Shown here piece after piece: positions 1 to 11,995 of a stretch of 37,396 nucleotides of DNA. The stretch's first letter is position 1; every line of letters starts with the position of its first letter. Both the position numbers and the translations under genes were made by a program. Under the pieces are notes generated by a model, which ran no database searches, was not told where the DNA came from, and worked only from the letters and a program-made list of their open reading frames with translations. The stretch comes from Ionaspis alba (Eukaryota): positions 1 through 37,396 of the forward strand of contig CAXUUL010000074.1 of NCBI GenBank assembly GCA_964255285.1, in the 5' to 3' direction.

Positions 1-601
1 CCCTCCACCACCTCCACTACCCACAGCCACGGCACGTCCTCCTCCGGTGCCTCCGCCATAAACCCTCAAACCCTCTCGCACAACCCAGCTCTCGCAACTC
101 TCGCAAGCGACAGACACTACACGCACGCTGACACCATTACGATTTCGCCGGAGACGATGGGAAAGGTCTATGAGGACAAGATCAAGATGTTTTTCACGGA
201 GCATATGCATGAGGATGAGGAGATTAGGTATATTCTTGAGGGGGCAGGGTTTTTTGATGTTAGGGAGGTGGGGGATGATAGGTGGGTGAGGGTTAGGGTT
301 GAGGAAGGAGATTTGATGGTGCTGCCTGCTGGGGTTTGGCATCGGTTTTGTGTTGATGGGGGAAATGTGTGTTTTCTCCTCGTTTGTCTGGGAGATGAGA
401 GAGAGAGGAGTTGAGTGCTGATGGATTGCTCAGTATATCAAGGCTATGCGCCTCTTTCGAGATCATCCTAAGTGGACACCCCTGAATCGCGATGAGTCGC
501 TCGAGGAGAATGAGGTGAGGAGGAACTATGTGCAACAGAGGGAGGAGGCGTTGAAGAAGGAGCAGGAGCAGGGGATGTCGGCTGCTGTGGAGGTAGCTTG
601 A
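1..601 (+). CDS. ADI1: Acireductone dioxygenase (ARD, methionine salvage), 5' end outside window; exons <1-366, 434-601
   Basis: Frame 1 is open from base 1. Cupin metal motif [14 protein letters not shown]...LPAGVWHRF. Intron 367-433 (GTGTGT..GCTGAT..CAG) joins to [22 protein letters not shown] at 599-601. Confidence 0.93.
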
Positions 602-1176
602 GTCGCTGGGATGGGAATGATGGGAGCTTGCTGTGTGTGCTATGACCGTGGCGTTACAGGCTTCAATGGCTTTGGCTACTCAAGGTGGAGTGGGTGAACT
701 TGGATGGCTGCGAGAGGCTTTGGTTATGAATGATTGCATAGAGGCTTTGGAAGGCTACATGCTCCAGTCTTTCTTTCCTATACTAGTGCTGCAAGCTTTC
801 ACAATAGGAAACAGCTACACTATCTTACAAAATATTCTACCAAACGACTTGCCACTTTTGTGTCATTCAGTCACGCGATAGTTCCTAATACGTCTGTTCA
901 GACATGTTTAAGCGCAGCATAAAAGTTTGAATTTACATGCATTATCCCCATGAGATCCCTCGGCTCTTATTCTACCACCAAGACTATGTGCCGCAAAATA
1001 CTAACATGCACCCCCAATTTTCCCAATCTATGCTCCAATAAACAGTAATGAATGGGGGAATATCATCCATAAGTCGTTGAAATGTATCCCACACACAAAA
1101 CGATCGACGCCGACGCAATGCAACGAATGCTCTAATCCACCCCTCTCTACCCTTCCAAACACACCACCGCTTATCC

Positions 1177-3047
1177 TCATTGCAGCATAGCCAAAATCGC
1201 AACCATACCGATAGCGACCCAAGCACCAAATGACACTTGAGCTTTCGGCACACCAAAACTAGTACCAGTCGCAGTTCCTGCCGGCCCGTTAGAACTCGTC
1301 ACCGCAACAGTAGAGGTAGTCTTCCCAGTGCTCGTCCTAGTCGCCGCAGTCCCAGAAACAAGGGTCGCCGTCCCAGTTCCGCTCAACGAGACTGTTGCAA
1401 CAACAGGTAAGGACGAGGACGACGAGGACGGCGAGGAAGAAGAGGATAGGAATGAGGACAAGGATGAGGATGAAGTGAAGTAGGTAGTGGTAGTGGTGGT
1501 AGTAGTGGCGGGGGTGGAAGAGAATAAGGAGGAGGTGGTGGTGGTGGTAGCGGGGGTGGAAGAGAATAAGGAGGTAGTGGTGGTGGTGGAAGAGAATAAG
1601 GATGAGGCAGAGTCAGACATACCAGTAGGATATCCACCAATCCCCTTCGTCGCCGTGCCCGTCACCTGCAACGTCGCCGCAGTTGCCACCCCCGATGCAT
1701 TCGGTACCGCATCCTTCCCCTTCCCAATCTCCCTGACGCTCGAACTCGTGGACTGGAAATTCGTTTGCGCGAGCGAAATCTCATTATTCGCAAGATCGTA
1801 GACCAAATACGCGCTTCGGAGGAAGGTATCACCCAGCGTGTAACTGGCTCCGCTTTTGGTATTGGACCCCTGCGGAAAGATCCCGAAAACACAGGTTGAG
1901 GAGCTGCCCGGGAGGACCAGTTCGGAGAGTGGGACGGAAATCGTTTTGCCGGAAAAGTTGAAGTCAACCGTGCTGGTTTGCGAGGCCAGACCGCAGTCGC
2001 AGATCGCGGAGGCGGTGCCGGAGGAGGTGTCGATTTGCACGCCCAGGGCTTTGAAAAGTGGATCGGTTATCTCGGTTGGGAGGTAGCTGAGGGTGCTGCC
2101 TGAGTCGAGCAGGACAGGGAGGGTGAGCGAGGAGAGGGAGGATTTTTGGTTGTTCTGGGTTACGCCCACGCCGCTGAGAGCGACAATCATTTCAATGATT
2201 TGCCCTTGTTCGGGGTTGATGGGGACGGTGGCGAGGTCGCCATGGTATTTGTCCGTGTCGACGCCGCCGAACATGATGGAGCCCGTGGCGGAGCCGAGGT
2301 TGTCGAGCCAGAGACTGTAAGCGGGAGAGTTTATTAGGCCGGCGCTGACCATGGCTTGGGGGATGTTGGGATAGCCTTGGCCGGTCGTTTCCTGTTGGAC
2401 TTCTAGGCCTGGGTACCCGACCCCCATCACGCCTTCTGAGGACGTGGACACGTAGCCGACGCCAAATTGGAGATTTGGAATGCTCACGCCTCCAATGTTC
2501 AATGTATCTGAAACATAGTCTCCTTTCGCACCGGTGTTATCAACATAACTTATTCTGAAAACGCTGTTGACGTAGTTGTATGAGCTGGATTTGTTCGCAT
2601 CGTAGGTGCCGGATACTGAGCAAGGAATATTTCCGGTCCGAGGATCGACGTTGGCATCGTTTTGACATAGCCGCGACGAAGCAGCATTCGTCCAGAGATC
2701 ACTGCTGCCTGTATCCAGATGAAAGCGGAAGTTCTGTGGTGGAGTTCCTATTGTGACATTGGCGAAGTAAAGACTTCCTCCCTGTAGAAGAAAGATGGAG
2801 TTAGCAGGACACATCAAAAATGTGACACGAGGATCCTTACCTGGAAATTATCGAGGGTTTGCGTGACAGTCTTCAGTTCCCTTTTCCTCCGTCTGTGTTG
2901 ATCTCTCTCTACGGGATTTTGTATCGACCTTCTTTCTATTGGTAGATGAACCACAGTCGGTGCATCGGATCTCTTCTCGAGTTTGATGGCCTCTGAACTG
3001 CCGATGATGACGCCAAGAGCGATGGTAGCGAGCGCCACGCACTTCAT
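1177..3047 (-). CDS. Secreted pepsin-family (A1) aspartic protease, yapsin-like, probably GPI-anchored; exons 3047-2841, 2781-1177
   Basis: Signal peptide MKCVALATIALGVIIG, propeptide with RRRKR, catalytic DTGSSD and DSGST motifs, LGDTFLRSAYLVYD, Ser/Thr-rich stalk and hydrophobic C-terminus. Intron 2840-2782 (GTAAGG..GCTAAC..CAG). Confidence 0.92.
1481..1605 (-). repeat. Coding tandem repeat in the protease Ser/Thr stalk (SLFSST x3 separated by poly-Thr)
   Basis: GGTGGAAGAGAATAAGGA on the + strand at 1513, 1555 and 1585, with GGT/AGT triplet runs between copies. Confidence 0.85.
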
Positions 3048-5263
3048 CCCTGAGGCTTGATCTTCTCTTTCTCAAGGTGCACCTTTGTAGTGAATGAATC
3101 TCGCGGCCAAGAGAAGTAATTTAGAGACGAAGAGTGATGGTTAGAAAGAACGACGAGAGATGTAGATGATTAGTTAGAGGCGTGAGAAGAAGAAGCGCAC
3201 AGATGCGTGGGACGGGCGTGGGAAAACGAAAGGCTGCGGGTGCACGGGGAGGTCTGCAACCTATATGGGTGGGCGGAGCTGGAAGACAGATCCGAGCGAA
3301 AGAAGTTGAAGCTGACGCGGAGTGTGGAGGGCCAGATTTCTCACCCGACGAGAACGGCGCCCCTTGCACCTACTAGACTGTGGTGAAGTAGAGTTTCAGC
3401 GGGAGCTGCTCGTCTGGAGAGCAAGCCTAAGTGACGAATGACAAGCGTTAGAAGATTGATGGGTTTGTATGCTTGCTGGGTGCTTGACGGGGAGGGTTAC
3501 GCTGTACCGCTTGTTGTTGTTATGAGGAGGGATTCGGCTGCACAGCACTGGCTTAGTAGAATAGTTGGAACAGATCGAAGCTGCTTGTTATTATTATTGC
3601 TGCTAGAAAGGGCTTATTGTGTTGGATCTATCCTTTATTGAATCAAGTCCTTTGTTTGTGATTCACTACTCATAGCTTCAATGTGCAAATTTGCAAAATC
3701 AGTGGACTCAAAAACAAATAATACCGGCGTCATGGACCCGAGTGGCTATGCACTCATACCAGCAATCCAGAACTCTTAGCCAAATACCTCTGTAATGCTC
3801 TTCCTCCATTACGAGGCATGACTATTTTTGCACAGTGACGACGATGACGACTCTTTGTTTCCCCCTCAACCCCATGACACATTGGCCCATTAATGCGCGC
3901 GCTTGTAACAAGGAAGAGCCTCCATTGTGACGGAACCACCGGACTCCGACTGAGGGAAGGAAGCCCTTTGAAGTCAAGAGGATGAAACTCAACTGGATCC
4001 AACTTCCATCCCAGTCGGGCAATTTTACAGGTTGCCCCCATCCTTCCTGTGACAGACCTGATACCGACCCTTTCCCTTTTCAAACATATCCTTCCTCAGC
4101 TTCGTTTCCTTGTGCTCTTAACCAATCAAGTTCAATAATACCTCGATCACGACGGTGCTAGGGCATATGTAAGCCCACGCGATGTAATAATAATGCGGAC
4201 TTCTATATTGGTTTTCTGGGGTCGGCTGTTTACTCATAGCATCCAGCGCCACTGCTGACTGGCTTACGACTGGCCTAAGCTTCGTACGCAGGCAAGGCTG
4301 ATTATTCCAGCTTGCCATTGTTCGGAGAATTGCTGGTGGGTCTACGAATGCCAATCTCTCCTCGAGATACCAAGATCTTGGTACCTGAAGCCATGGAGAT
4401 ATCCGTTGGCGAATCAAATGCTAGCAGTAGCGATGCGCGCAGACCCTTCCCTAATCCTTCGGAAACAACAGACGTGCTGTGCCAACGTGCATTGCTGTGC
4501 ACTTGGCTGGGCAGCCTCGCCCTACTCTCGAGTGTGCCTTCGAGGATCACAAACCCTGAGGAGAGTTTACGGCTGGGCGGTCTTCCGATATGTTCAATCC
4601 TCGGATAGTTTCGCATGAAATGGATTGGAGGAACATCACTGACATACTTCTTGATGCACATTTCGGAGTACAAGGAACACGGATGGTTTCTCTGAAGCAT
4701 TTGCCTGCTACTTTGATAGAAGCGAAGCATGGAAGATCGTCATTCAGTCCACACATTTGGTTTGATAAGAATTTATGCTGTGATCCACGAGGTTGGAGTT
4801 GGGACGAAGGGGGGCATATTTCATGAAGCGTGGCAAGGAGACCATGCACTCTGCATGACTGTGCTACCGACGATCATTTGCACAAACCACAGTAATTTTA
4901 TAAAACAGCTCGAACGGATTTAATCCACGATTCTCGGGATATGACCTGTGATTGAAGTTTCCAAGTGGCATGCGGCGAGTAGACCACCCAACAGTCTTGA
5001 CTGACATAGACCTAAGCTTTGTCTCTGCGGGGCGGAGAAGAGGTGGCGCAAGTATTGTTGTTTCTCCTGAGTGAAATGTTCATAGCAACCCTTCTCGCGG
5101 CGTAGACAGTGAGGCATGAGCAGGCAGAAATGATTTATCGCACAAGCTTCTCTGGTGGCTTGCTAGCTTGTCCACAAATGCCAAGTTCTCCAAAGCTTCG
5201 AAACCACGTTTCGAGTTTAATTCCAGACCTGATGGCTTGCCGTAGGAGGCAGAGCAGTACACA

Positions 5264-6501
5264 ATGGAGGATGGAGTAGAACCAGCTACATCGCCTGGGT
5301 CGCCGTCCCGAAGCACCAAGCTTCAACTGCCAGCGACTTGTGATCCTCCCGGGCCCCACAATCCCGTGAGACAGCGAGTATGGGTGGTAGGTCTCTCGTC
5401 AAGCGCTCTTGGTTCGTACATGATGACTGAATAATATGCCAGGTGTTCGGAGCAACTGGCCATATGGGCCGCTCTGTTGTTCGAGCTGCTCTTACTCATG
5501 GCGATGTCGTCACAGCTGTTGGGCGTAACTTTGAGGATAATGTCTCGTCCATGGAAGAAGCATTCTCCACCTCGGTCGAATCACTTACACCCAACTTCCT
5601 TGGCCTGCTCTGTGATGTACGCGTCAGAGAGACCGTCGACGCGGTGCTTCAAAAGTCCATTTCTCATTGGGGTCGTGTTGATATCATTGCAAATTGTTCT
5701 GGCTACGGAGTGATTGGTGCCATCGAGGATCAGGACGAATACGAAATCCGTAATCAATTTGAGACAAACTTCTGGGGCACTTTGAACATTATCCAGTTGA
5801 GCCTAGGATATTTCAGGACAAGGCCAAACGGTGAGGGAGGTCGGTATTTGATCTTCAGCAGTACGAGTGGGGCTTTGGGTGTACCTGGACTGGGACCTTA
5901 CTGCGCCACGAAATATGCTGTGGAGGGTTTGATCGAAAGTATGCTCTATGAAATCGACACGTTCAATATCAAGGCTACACTGGTCGAGCCTGGACATGTC
6001 CGGAGAGATGAGCCTGATAGTCAGACAAATCCTCTGCCGACTTTTGGTCATTTCTCCATCAAGCCTGCTAGTGAGCCATACTCTGGACCAAATGCACCAG
6101 CCGGCCATGCGAAAAGGATGGTGCAATGGCTCGGTGATAAGCAGCCCACAAGTGCCGTCAAAGCCGCAGAGTTGGTCTGGCAGCTAGGTCACTGCAGCTT
6201 CCCACCTTTACGACTTCTCCTTGGAAGTTATGCTGTGGAGAGTGTACGGGATCGACTCCGAAGCATTATCGAGGAAATCGAGGACTGGAAGCATCTCAAC
6301 TTTCCGGTAGATCCTGACGCAGTTGCTGTAAAGCAGGAAGACGGATTGAAGAGAGTGAAAGAGGAGCAGGATGATGGAGATGATGTGGATGGAGAGAATG
6401 ATGAAGATATGCGCGATGGTGATGATGGGTATGACAAGGACGTTGGTGATTCTGGTGAATCGCAGGGGCATGACCAAGTTGATGGCCAGATGACTCCTTG
6501 A
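5264..6501 (+). CDS. Short-chain dehydrogenase/reductase with acidic C-terminal tail; exons 5264-5386, 5443-6501
   Basis: Splicing intron 5387-5442 (GTAGGT..CAG) gives RVWVVFGATGHMG (Rossmann motif). CDV, NCSG, SSTSG and YCATK (YxxxK) motifs follow. Confidence 0.88.
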
Positions 6502-6758
6502 GTCCGTTGAGATGGGAGTGACTCGAAGACTCCGCTGAGTGAGACATAGGGATGTGGTGAATAAACGTGTGGTGTGACTGGCCGAGTACTATATATCCAG
6601 GTGCTCAACATCTTTCATAATGTCTCCGAAGTTCTTCTCCGTGGTACATTTTGATCGACTCGCTTATCTAAGACTTTCCTACTCTGTCCCATCTCAAGAT
6701 ACCAAATTCTGCTAATCCCCAGAGTTTGGGGATCACATATCCCCTAATCACAACTAAT

Positions 6759-8810
6759 ATGTCCAACCATCAACAGCAGCTGTTGAATCCATCACCGATC
6801 TTTCGTCTTCCTCACGATGTCAGATGCCTGATATGGGGGGAGCTTCTTTCAGGCAACGGCGACATTGTCGATGTCCAACCACGTGATCCATTCGCTACGG
6901 TGCACCCGGTATATACATCTGTCTTACGTACGTCCCGCGCGATTTACGATGAAGCCATACCGATACTCTATGGCAACGTCGTTCATCGAATATCCGACCC
7001 CATGGGAGATGTCACACGAAGATTCATATTCCCAAGACTTTTGGTAGAAGATCTCGTCCAGCACCTACAAATCTATGTCAGATCAATGGATAATCCGATG
7101 GATACGACCTGGAAATCCGGACTCTCAGGCTATCTCAGACGTTTGGCAACCAAGCCACATAAACAGTCCATGGAAATAGCCTTTGCGACAGATGTCCTGA
7201 GCTATGAGCCTTATCCATTATGCTCGGATATTACGGCGACGTTCATTACTGATGTCAAACGGCTCACGAACTTCCAAAAAGTGGTCATCAGGCTTCCATA
7301 CACGCGTGATAATGGAAAACTGGCACTTTTCTGGTCGTCGCGTTTGACGCGCGAGCTAGAAACGAGCTTGGGACCTAATATATCCTCTATTGAGCATGTG
7401 CTTGAATTCAGACCCGGCAATTTGGCCCCGAGTTGGGTTTCTAAGCATGTTCCGGGACTAATGAGGCTTTCCCCGAGTACACGGTGCTTGATCTTCCTCA
7501 AAGTCCTACATATCGACCGAGTAATATATCCCCCGGACAATCCGCTTTTCCAGGAACACGAGGCAGTGGAACGACCATCCTACAAGAGAACAAACCCTAA
7601 ACTAGACTTAAGCCTTCTTGGCACGAGCCGAAAGATTTGGGAGGAAGCAAAATTAGCTCTGTACCTGAGCAATAAGTTTGTCTTTGACTTCGATTTCTCA
7701 AAGGCAAATCTTCGGTTGCAACAGATACCTCAGGAACACATAGGCCTACTCTCTGATGTTCAAGTCAGCATTCGGAACATAAAGGATTCCACAGATCTGT
7801 ACAAGGGAAATAGGCAACTTCAGCGCTTTCTTTTCCAGCTAACCACCCCCCCGAAAACCACGAACTACGGGTACCAGGTACCTCGACATAGACTTTGTTT
7901 AGTTGTTGGGATCGATGGGCCCCGTTGGGAGTTCAACCAGCCACCCCGCTCCAGGCCCCGATTTCGGCACTCTCGAGCCACTAATGGAACGTTCATTGAG
8001 AGCGAATCCGCAAACGAACTCCATTTCGAGGCGCGAGATGCTGGCGCGGTCGCAAACCAGGATCGCTCTGTGATATATCCACTACCATATGAGCCCTTCG
8101 ACAACTATGATTGCGTGTACAACTATGATAGCGTGTTTGACGTCCATGACTACATATGGGGACGTGTCGGTCACGACATCAGACTTGCCCAAGCTTTCAA
8201 GAACTTTTGGCAATGGGACTACGTAAAGATTAAGTTCGAGCCGGGAACGACTGAGAACTACTACTGGCGGCCGTGCGTTACACGTTTTCTCGAGGAATTT
8301 TTGGGTCCAAACATGAGCAACGTCAAGACGACCTTGAAATTTCGCCCCGAATACTTTCACCACCTATTTCGCATGCCCAGGATGACACGCGAGATTGCTA
8401 GAGCAATGATGCTTCGGAAAGGGAGTCTTTCGGGTGAGCCGAGCCAGGACTTCGAGGATCTCAAAGACTGGAACTGGCGCAGTCTGCCGGCGAAGAAATT
8501 GGCTGTCGATGCTCTCAAAATGACCGAGTGGAGTCAAATCGAAGGCGAAAAAGTGGACAATAGCATGGCTGAGACGGAGGAACAAGCGATGAGGGCTGCT
8601 CAAGGGTTACATATCACAGGGCGTTATTTCATACCTACTTGCTCTGGCGCCCTGGCTCCTTCACCACCACTGTTACCCCTGCAACCGGTGGTACCTTCGC
8701 AACCAGTGGCGCCCTCAGAGCCATTGGTCCTTTCATTACCAATATTTCACACACGACCAATGACTCCATCACTATCAAAGGCTCCCTCACAATTTGGCAA
8801 GACAGAGTAA
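6759..8810 (+). CDS. Hypothetical intronless protein (683 aa) with two tandem copies of a fungal domain starting with an F-box-like motif
   Basis: Long uninterrupted ORF. PIFRLPHDVRCLIW..VLRTSRAIYDEAIPILYGN recurs as LMRLSPSTRCLIF..LLGTSRKIWEEAKLALYLSN. First ATG at 6759 (the ORF track starts at a TTG). Confidence 0.75.
   Translation: MSNHQQQLLNPSPIFRLPHDVRCLIWGELLSGNGDIVDVQPRDPFATVHPVYTSVLRTSRAIYDEAIPILYGNVVHRISDPMGDVTRRFIFPRLLVEDLVQHLQIYVRSMDNPMDTTWKSGLSGYLRRLATKPHKQSMEIAFATDVLSYEPYPLCSDITATFITDVKRLTNFQKVVIRLPYTRDNGKLALFWSSRLTRELETSLGPNISSIEHVLEFRPGNLAPSWVSKHVPGLMRLSPSTRCLIFLKVLHIDRVIYPPDNPLFQEHEAVERPSYKRTNPKLDLSLLGTSRKIWEEAKLALYLSNKFVFDFDFSKANLRLQQIPQEHIGLLSDVQVSIRNIKDSTDLYKGNRQLQRFLFQLTTPPKTTNYGYQVPRHRLCLVVGIDGPRWEFNQPPRSRPRFRHSRATNGTFIESESANELHFEARDAGAVANQDRSVIYPLPYEPFDNYDCVYNYDSVFDVHDYIWGRVGHDIRLAQAFKNFWQWDYVKIKFEPGTTENYYWRPCVTRFLEEFLGPNMSNVKTTLKFRPEYFHHLFRMPRMTREIARAMMLRKGSLSGEPSQDFEDLKDWNWRSLPAKKLAVDALKMTEWSQIEGEKVDNSMAETEEQAMRAAQGLHITGRYFIPTCSGALAPSPPLLPLQPVVPSQPVAPSEPLVLSLPIFHTRPMTPSLSKAPSQFGKTE
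8667..8774 (+). repeat. Degenerate 18-bp coding repeat (six Pro-initiated hexapeptides)
   Basis: PLLPLQ/PVVPSQ/PVAPSE/PLVLSL/PIFHTR/PMTPSL, each unit starting CCR. Confidence 0.6.
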
Positions 8811-9268
8811 GCGAAAAAGCTTCTGGAGCAAGTGGGCATAAAGGCGAGCAGAAGAGGGCTCGGAGAAACAGTGGAACGGTGCATGGCGTTAGGGCCAACG
8901 GCATTTGGAGCAGCCAGTTAGAGATACGGTTTGCGTTTTCATGACCGTTGGAAATGCTAATCTCAATTGGAAGCACGTAAACGCTTAACGAAGCTTGGAT
9001 AGGGAACTGGGACGTTGATTCTGGAGGGTCTCGCCTATTTTCTCATAGAAGCTCTAGAAGAACCAAAGCATGCTATCATTTGCACCCCAGCATACGTACA
9101 GCCGTGTTATATAACTGCGTTGACGTCGAAACGACAAGCCGACGAAGTGCTTCGTAAATTTGCATTCCTTCGCAAGAAATTGATCGTTTGCAGTATTGGG
9201 CTCTCAAGACGTCGAAATCAACTGTTCACCTCCATAAAACCTCAGTCGTTCTGTTCTATCCCCGCACA

Positions 9269-10075
9269 ATGGCCGATCCTCTACCCCCTCGAACGGCCTT
9301 CATAAGCAAGAACACTAAAGAGACCAAAATCCAAGTCTCCCTCTCCCTGGATGGCGGACCTCTCCACCTCCTCCCAACCTCCGAGTACTTTCCTTCCTCC
9401 GATACCCCATCCAGCACCTCCAGCTCCTCCACATACTTCCACACTCCTGTCCCCTCCCAAACAGAAGAAACCCACGCCTCTCAAATTACAGAACACCAGC
9501 ATATATGGATATGGACAGGTATAGGATTTCTAGATCATATGCTACATGCACTGGCGAAGCATGCAGGATGGAGCTTGAGGGTCCGGACCAAGGGCGATCT
9601 GACGAGTACGCTTCTCCCCTTCTCAATTCCTTCCTACACCTCCAGCTCGAGCTAATATATATTTCTCTCTTCCCCAGTCGACGACCACCACACAGCCGAA
9701 GACACCTTCCTCGCCCTCGGCACCGCCTTCACGACCGCCCTCGGCCCACGCCTCTCTCTGACCCGCTTTGGAACCTCCCATGCCCCCCTCGACGAAGCCC
9801 TTGCCCGCGCCGTCATCGATCTCTCCAACCGCCCCTTCTTTGTCGGGAACTTTGACTTCCGGGATCAGAAAATCGGTACCTTGAGTACACAGATGATACA
9901 TCATGGGTTGCAGAGCTGGAGTCAGGCAGCGGGGGTTACGCTGCATGTGGATGTTTTGAGAGGCGATAATGATCATCATAGGGCGGAGGCTGCTTTCAAG
10001 GCGTTGGCGGGGGCGATCAGGATGGCTTGTGTGAGGGTAGAGGGGGCAGGGGGAAGTACGAAAGGGGTCTTGTAG
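9269..10075 (+). CDS. HIS3: Imidazoleglycerol-phosphate dehydratase; exons 9269-9605, 9678-10075
   Basis: TKETKIQ, TGIGFLDHMLHAL, IDDHHTAED (across intron 9606-9677, GTACGC..GCTAAT..CAG), NDHHRAEAAFKA and the STKGVL terminus. Confidence 0.97.
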
Positions 10076-10382
10076 GAACATGGGAGCGGGGAAGTTCGGG
10101 TTGGAGAAGACACGGCTTATAGATGGATAGATTTGCGTCGTCTGAGATCGAGAATTTATGGGATCTTGAGCATGTGATCGAGGGAGGCGAGCAACTCAGG
10201 CTCATCCTTCGTAATGTCATTTCGATGTGTATTATCATCAACCGTGGCTCAATTACTTGTTACTTGGAGGCCACTACCAGCCTCTAGTCAGGGGTATATC
10301 TAATGCCAAACAAAGAAAGCCAAAAATACTGGATCTTGGAATTCCAACATTCCAAGATTACAAAGGGAATCCCTCCTCATGC

Positions 10383-11641
10383 TTATTTCAGGCTTCCACT
10401 GACAGTCGCACCATCTTCAGCTGGCCGCAGTAGCTTCCATTCGCATTTGACATTGGCATCCTCCACCTTGAATCTATTTAGTATGCTGATAATGGCCTTC
10501 GCTATCTCCTCGAAGTTCTCTGTCGCAAGTGCCAGAATCGTTGGTCCAGCACCTGATAGACAGATACCTAGGAGACCTTGGTGGGACTTGGGAGATATGG
10601 ACTCAATCACCTCGGTGAGTCCTGGTATTAGTGTTTTCCGGTAGGGTTGGTGAACTTTGTCCCGCATCGCTTCGTAGATCAGGTCAGAATCTGGGGGCGA
10701 TTGACCGAGTGCTGTGGTGAGGAGAGCTATCCTTTGCATGTTGAAGGTCTTTTTGTATGGTCAGCAAGACAACAGGTCTTCATCACGTCTGCACTGACCA
10801 CATCCGCGCGTGAATACTGCGCCGGCAGCACCCCCCTCGCATCCGCAGTTTTGACTTCGAAATCCGGTATGATGGCGATAGCTTTCACCTCTGGCGCCCA
10901 CTTGAACTTGATATAGTGTCCAATTCCCAACGGTGGCTCAGGCGGCTTCAACCCAGTATCGACTCCACCTGCAGGTGCTGGCAGAACCTCACTAAGAGGG
11001 ATTTCTATCCTCGCCATAGCTTCGGGATCTAATTCCCGTAGATAAGTACCAACGAAACCACCGTACAGAGCGGCAGCAACATTGTCTGGATGCCGTTCGA
11101 TCATAAGGGAGTAGTCTAATATTCTTCCCTTTGATAAATTGAAACCGCCTGTGACATTGCCAAGAATAACGCCTGCGACTACTGCGGCGCCGGAAGAACC
11201 CAAGCCTCGACCCAGAGGGATTGGATTGATTATGTGGACATGAGTGCTGGGAGGAAACGCTTGTTGACCGTGACACCGGAGGACATATAAGGCGCTTTGG
11301 GTTATGAGATTCTGGTCGGCAACCAAGGGCACGTTCTCTGCACCTAGACCGTCGTAGGTGATCTTGCAGTTTAGATGCTCGTGACTGGAGGAGAGAGACT
11401 CCGATATTGATACTTGGAGCTCGAGGTATATGGACAGTGCTAGTCCAATGACATCAAATCCAGGTCCTTTCAAAATGAAATGAGCTCAGTCATCTTCATA
11501 TATTGGATCAATTCTCGAGTTGTTCTGAAAAATTGCGGCGTACCAATGTTTGCAGATGAGCAGGGTACTCCTTCAAAGATAATCAGCATGTTCAAATTCA
11601 CAGCCTTCCTACCCCAAGGACAACGTACTGATGATGATCAT
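10383..11641 (-). CDS. THR1: Homoserine kinase; exons 11641-11629, 11570-11544, 11466-10799, 10748-10383
   Basis: Spliced N-terminus MIIIRVPCSSANIGPGFD. GHMP motif PLGRGLGSSGA, ERHPDN, DKVHQPYR and LSGAGPT. Three canonical GT-AG introns keep the frame. Confidence 0.96.
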
Positions 11642-11995
11642 GGTTGTGAATCTATTCTGTGTAGTTGAAAGATTCTGTCCACCAACAAAGTTGAGCTCGA
11701 CAATAAATCTGGGGGAATATATCAAGTCGGAGGTTCAATATTTCTGTTTGGTAGCGAGGTTTAGACGCAGCCCTAGCCGTCACACTAGGGCAAAGTTCTT
11801 TTCCGAATCAGAAAACTTGGCATTATCATCCACGGAAAGGTCTTCTAGCAATTATGGAACCGAGCTTTCGTAAAATTGCAGATTGACTAGAGACCCGATT
11901 ATATGGGCTGATATCTAATGACGCTCCACTTGCTAGTGTAACATGTTCACCCTCTATTGGCATATCATCACTTTCCTTTAGACCACTTGCACATC

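Noticed and set aside
284..303. Telomere-like GGGTGAGGGTTAGGGTT
   Set aside because: Lies in ADI1 coding sequence (WVRVRV) and has only 2-3 imperfect units.
4300..5120. Several overlapping 70-140 aa ORFs upstream of the SDR, possibly a decayed gene
   Set aside because: No recognisable motif or coherent splice model. BLASTX would be needed to support a pseudogene call.
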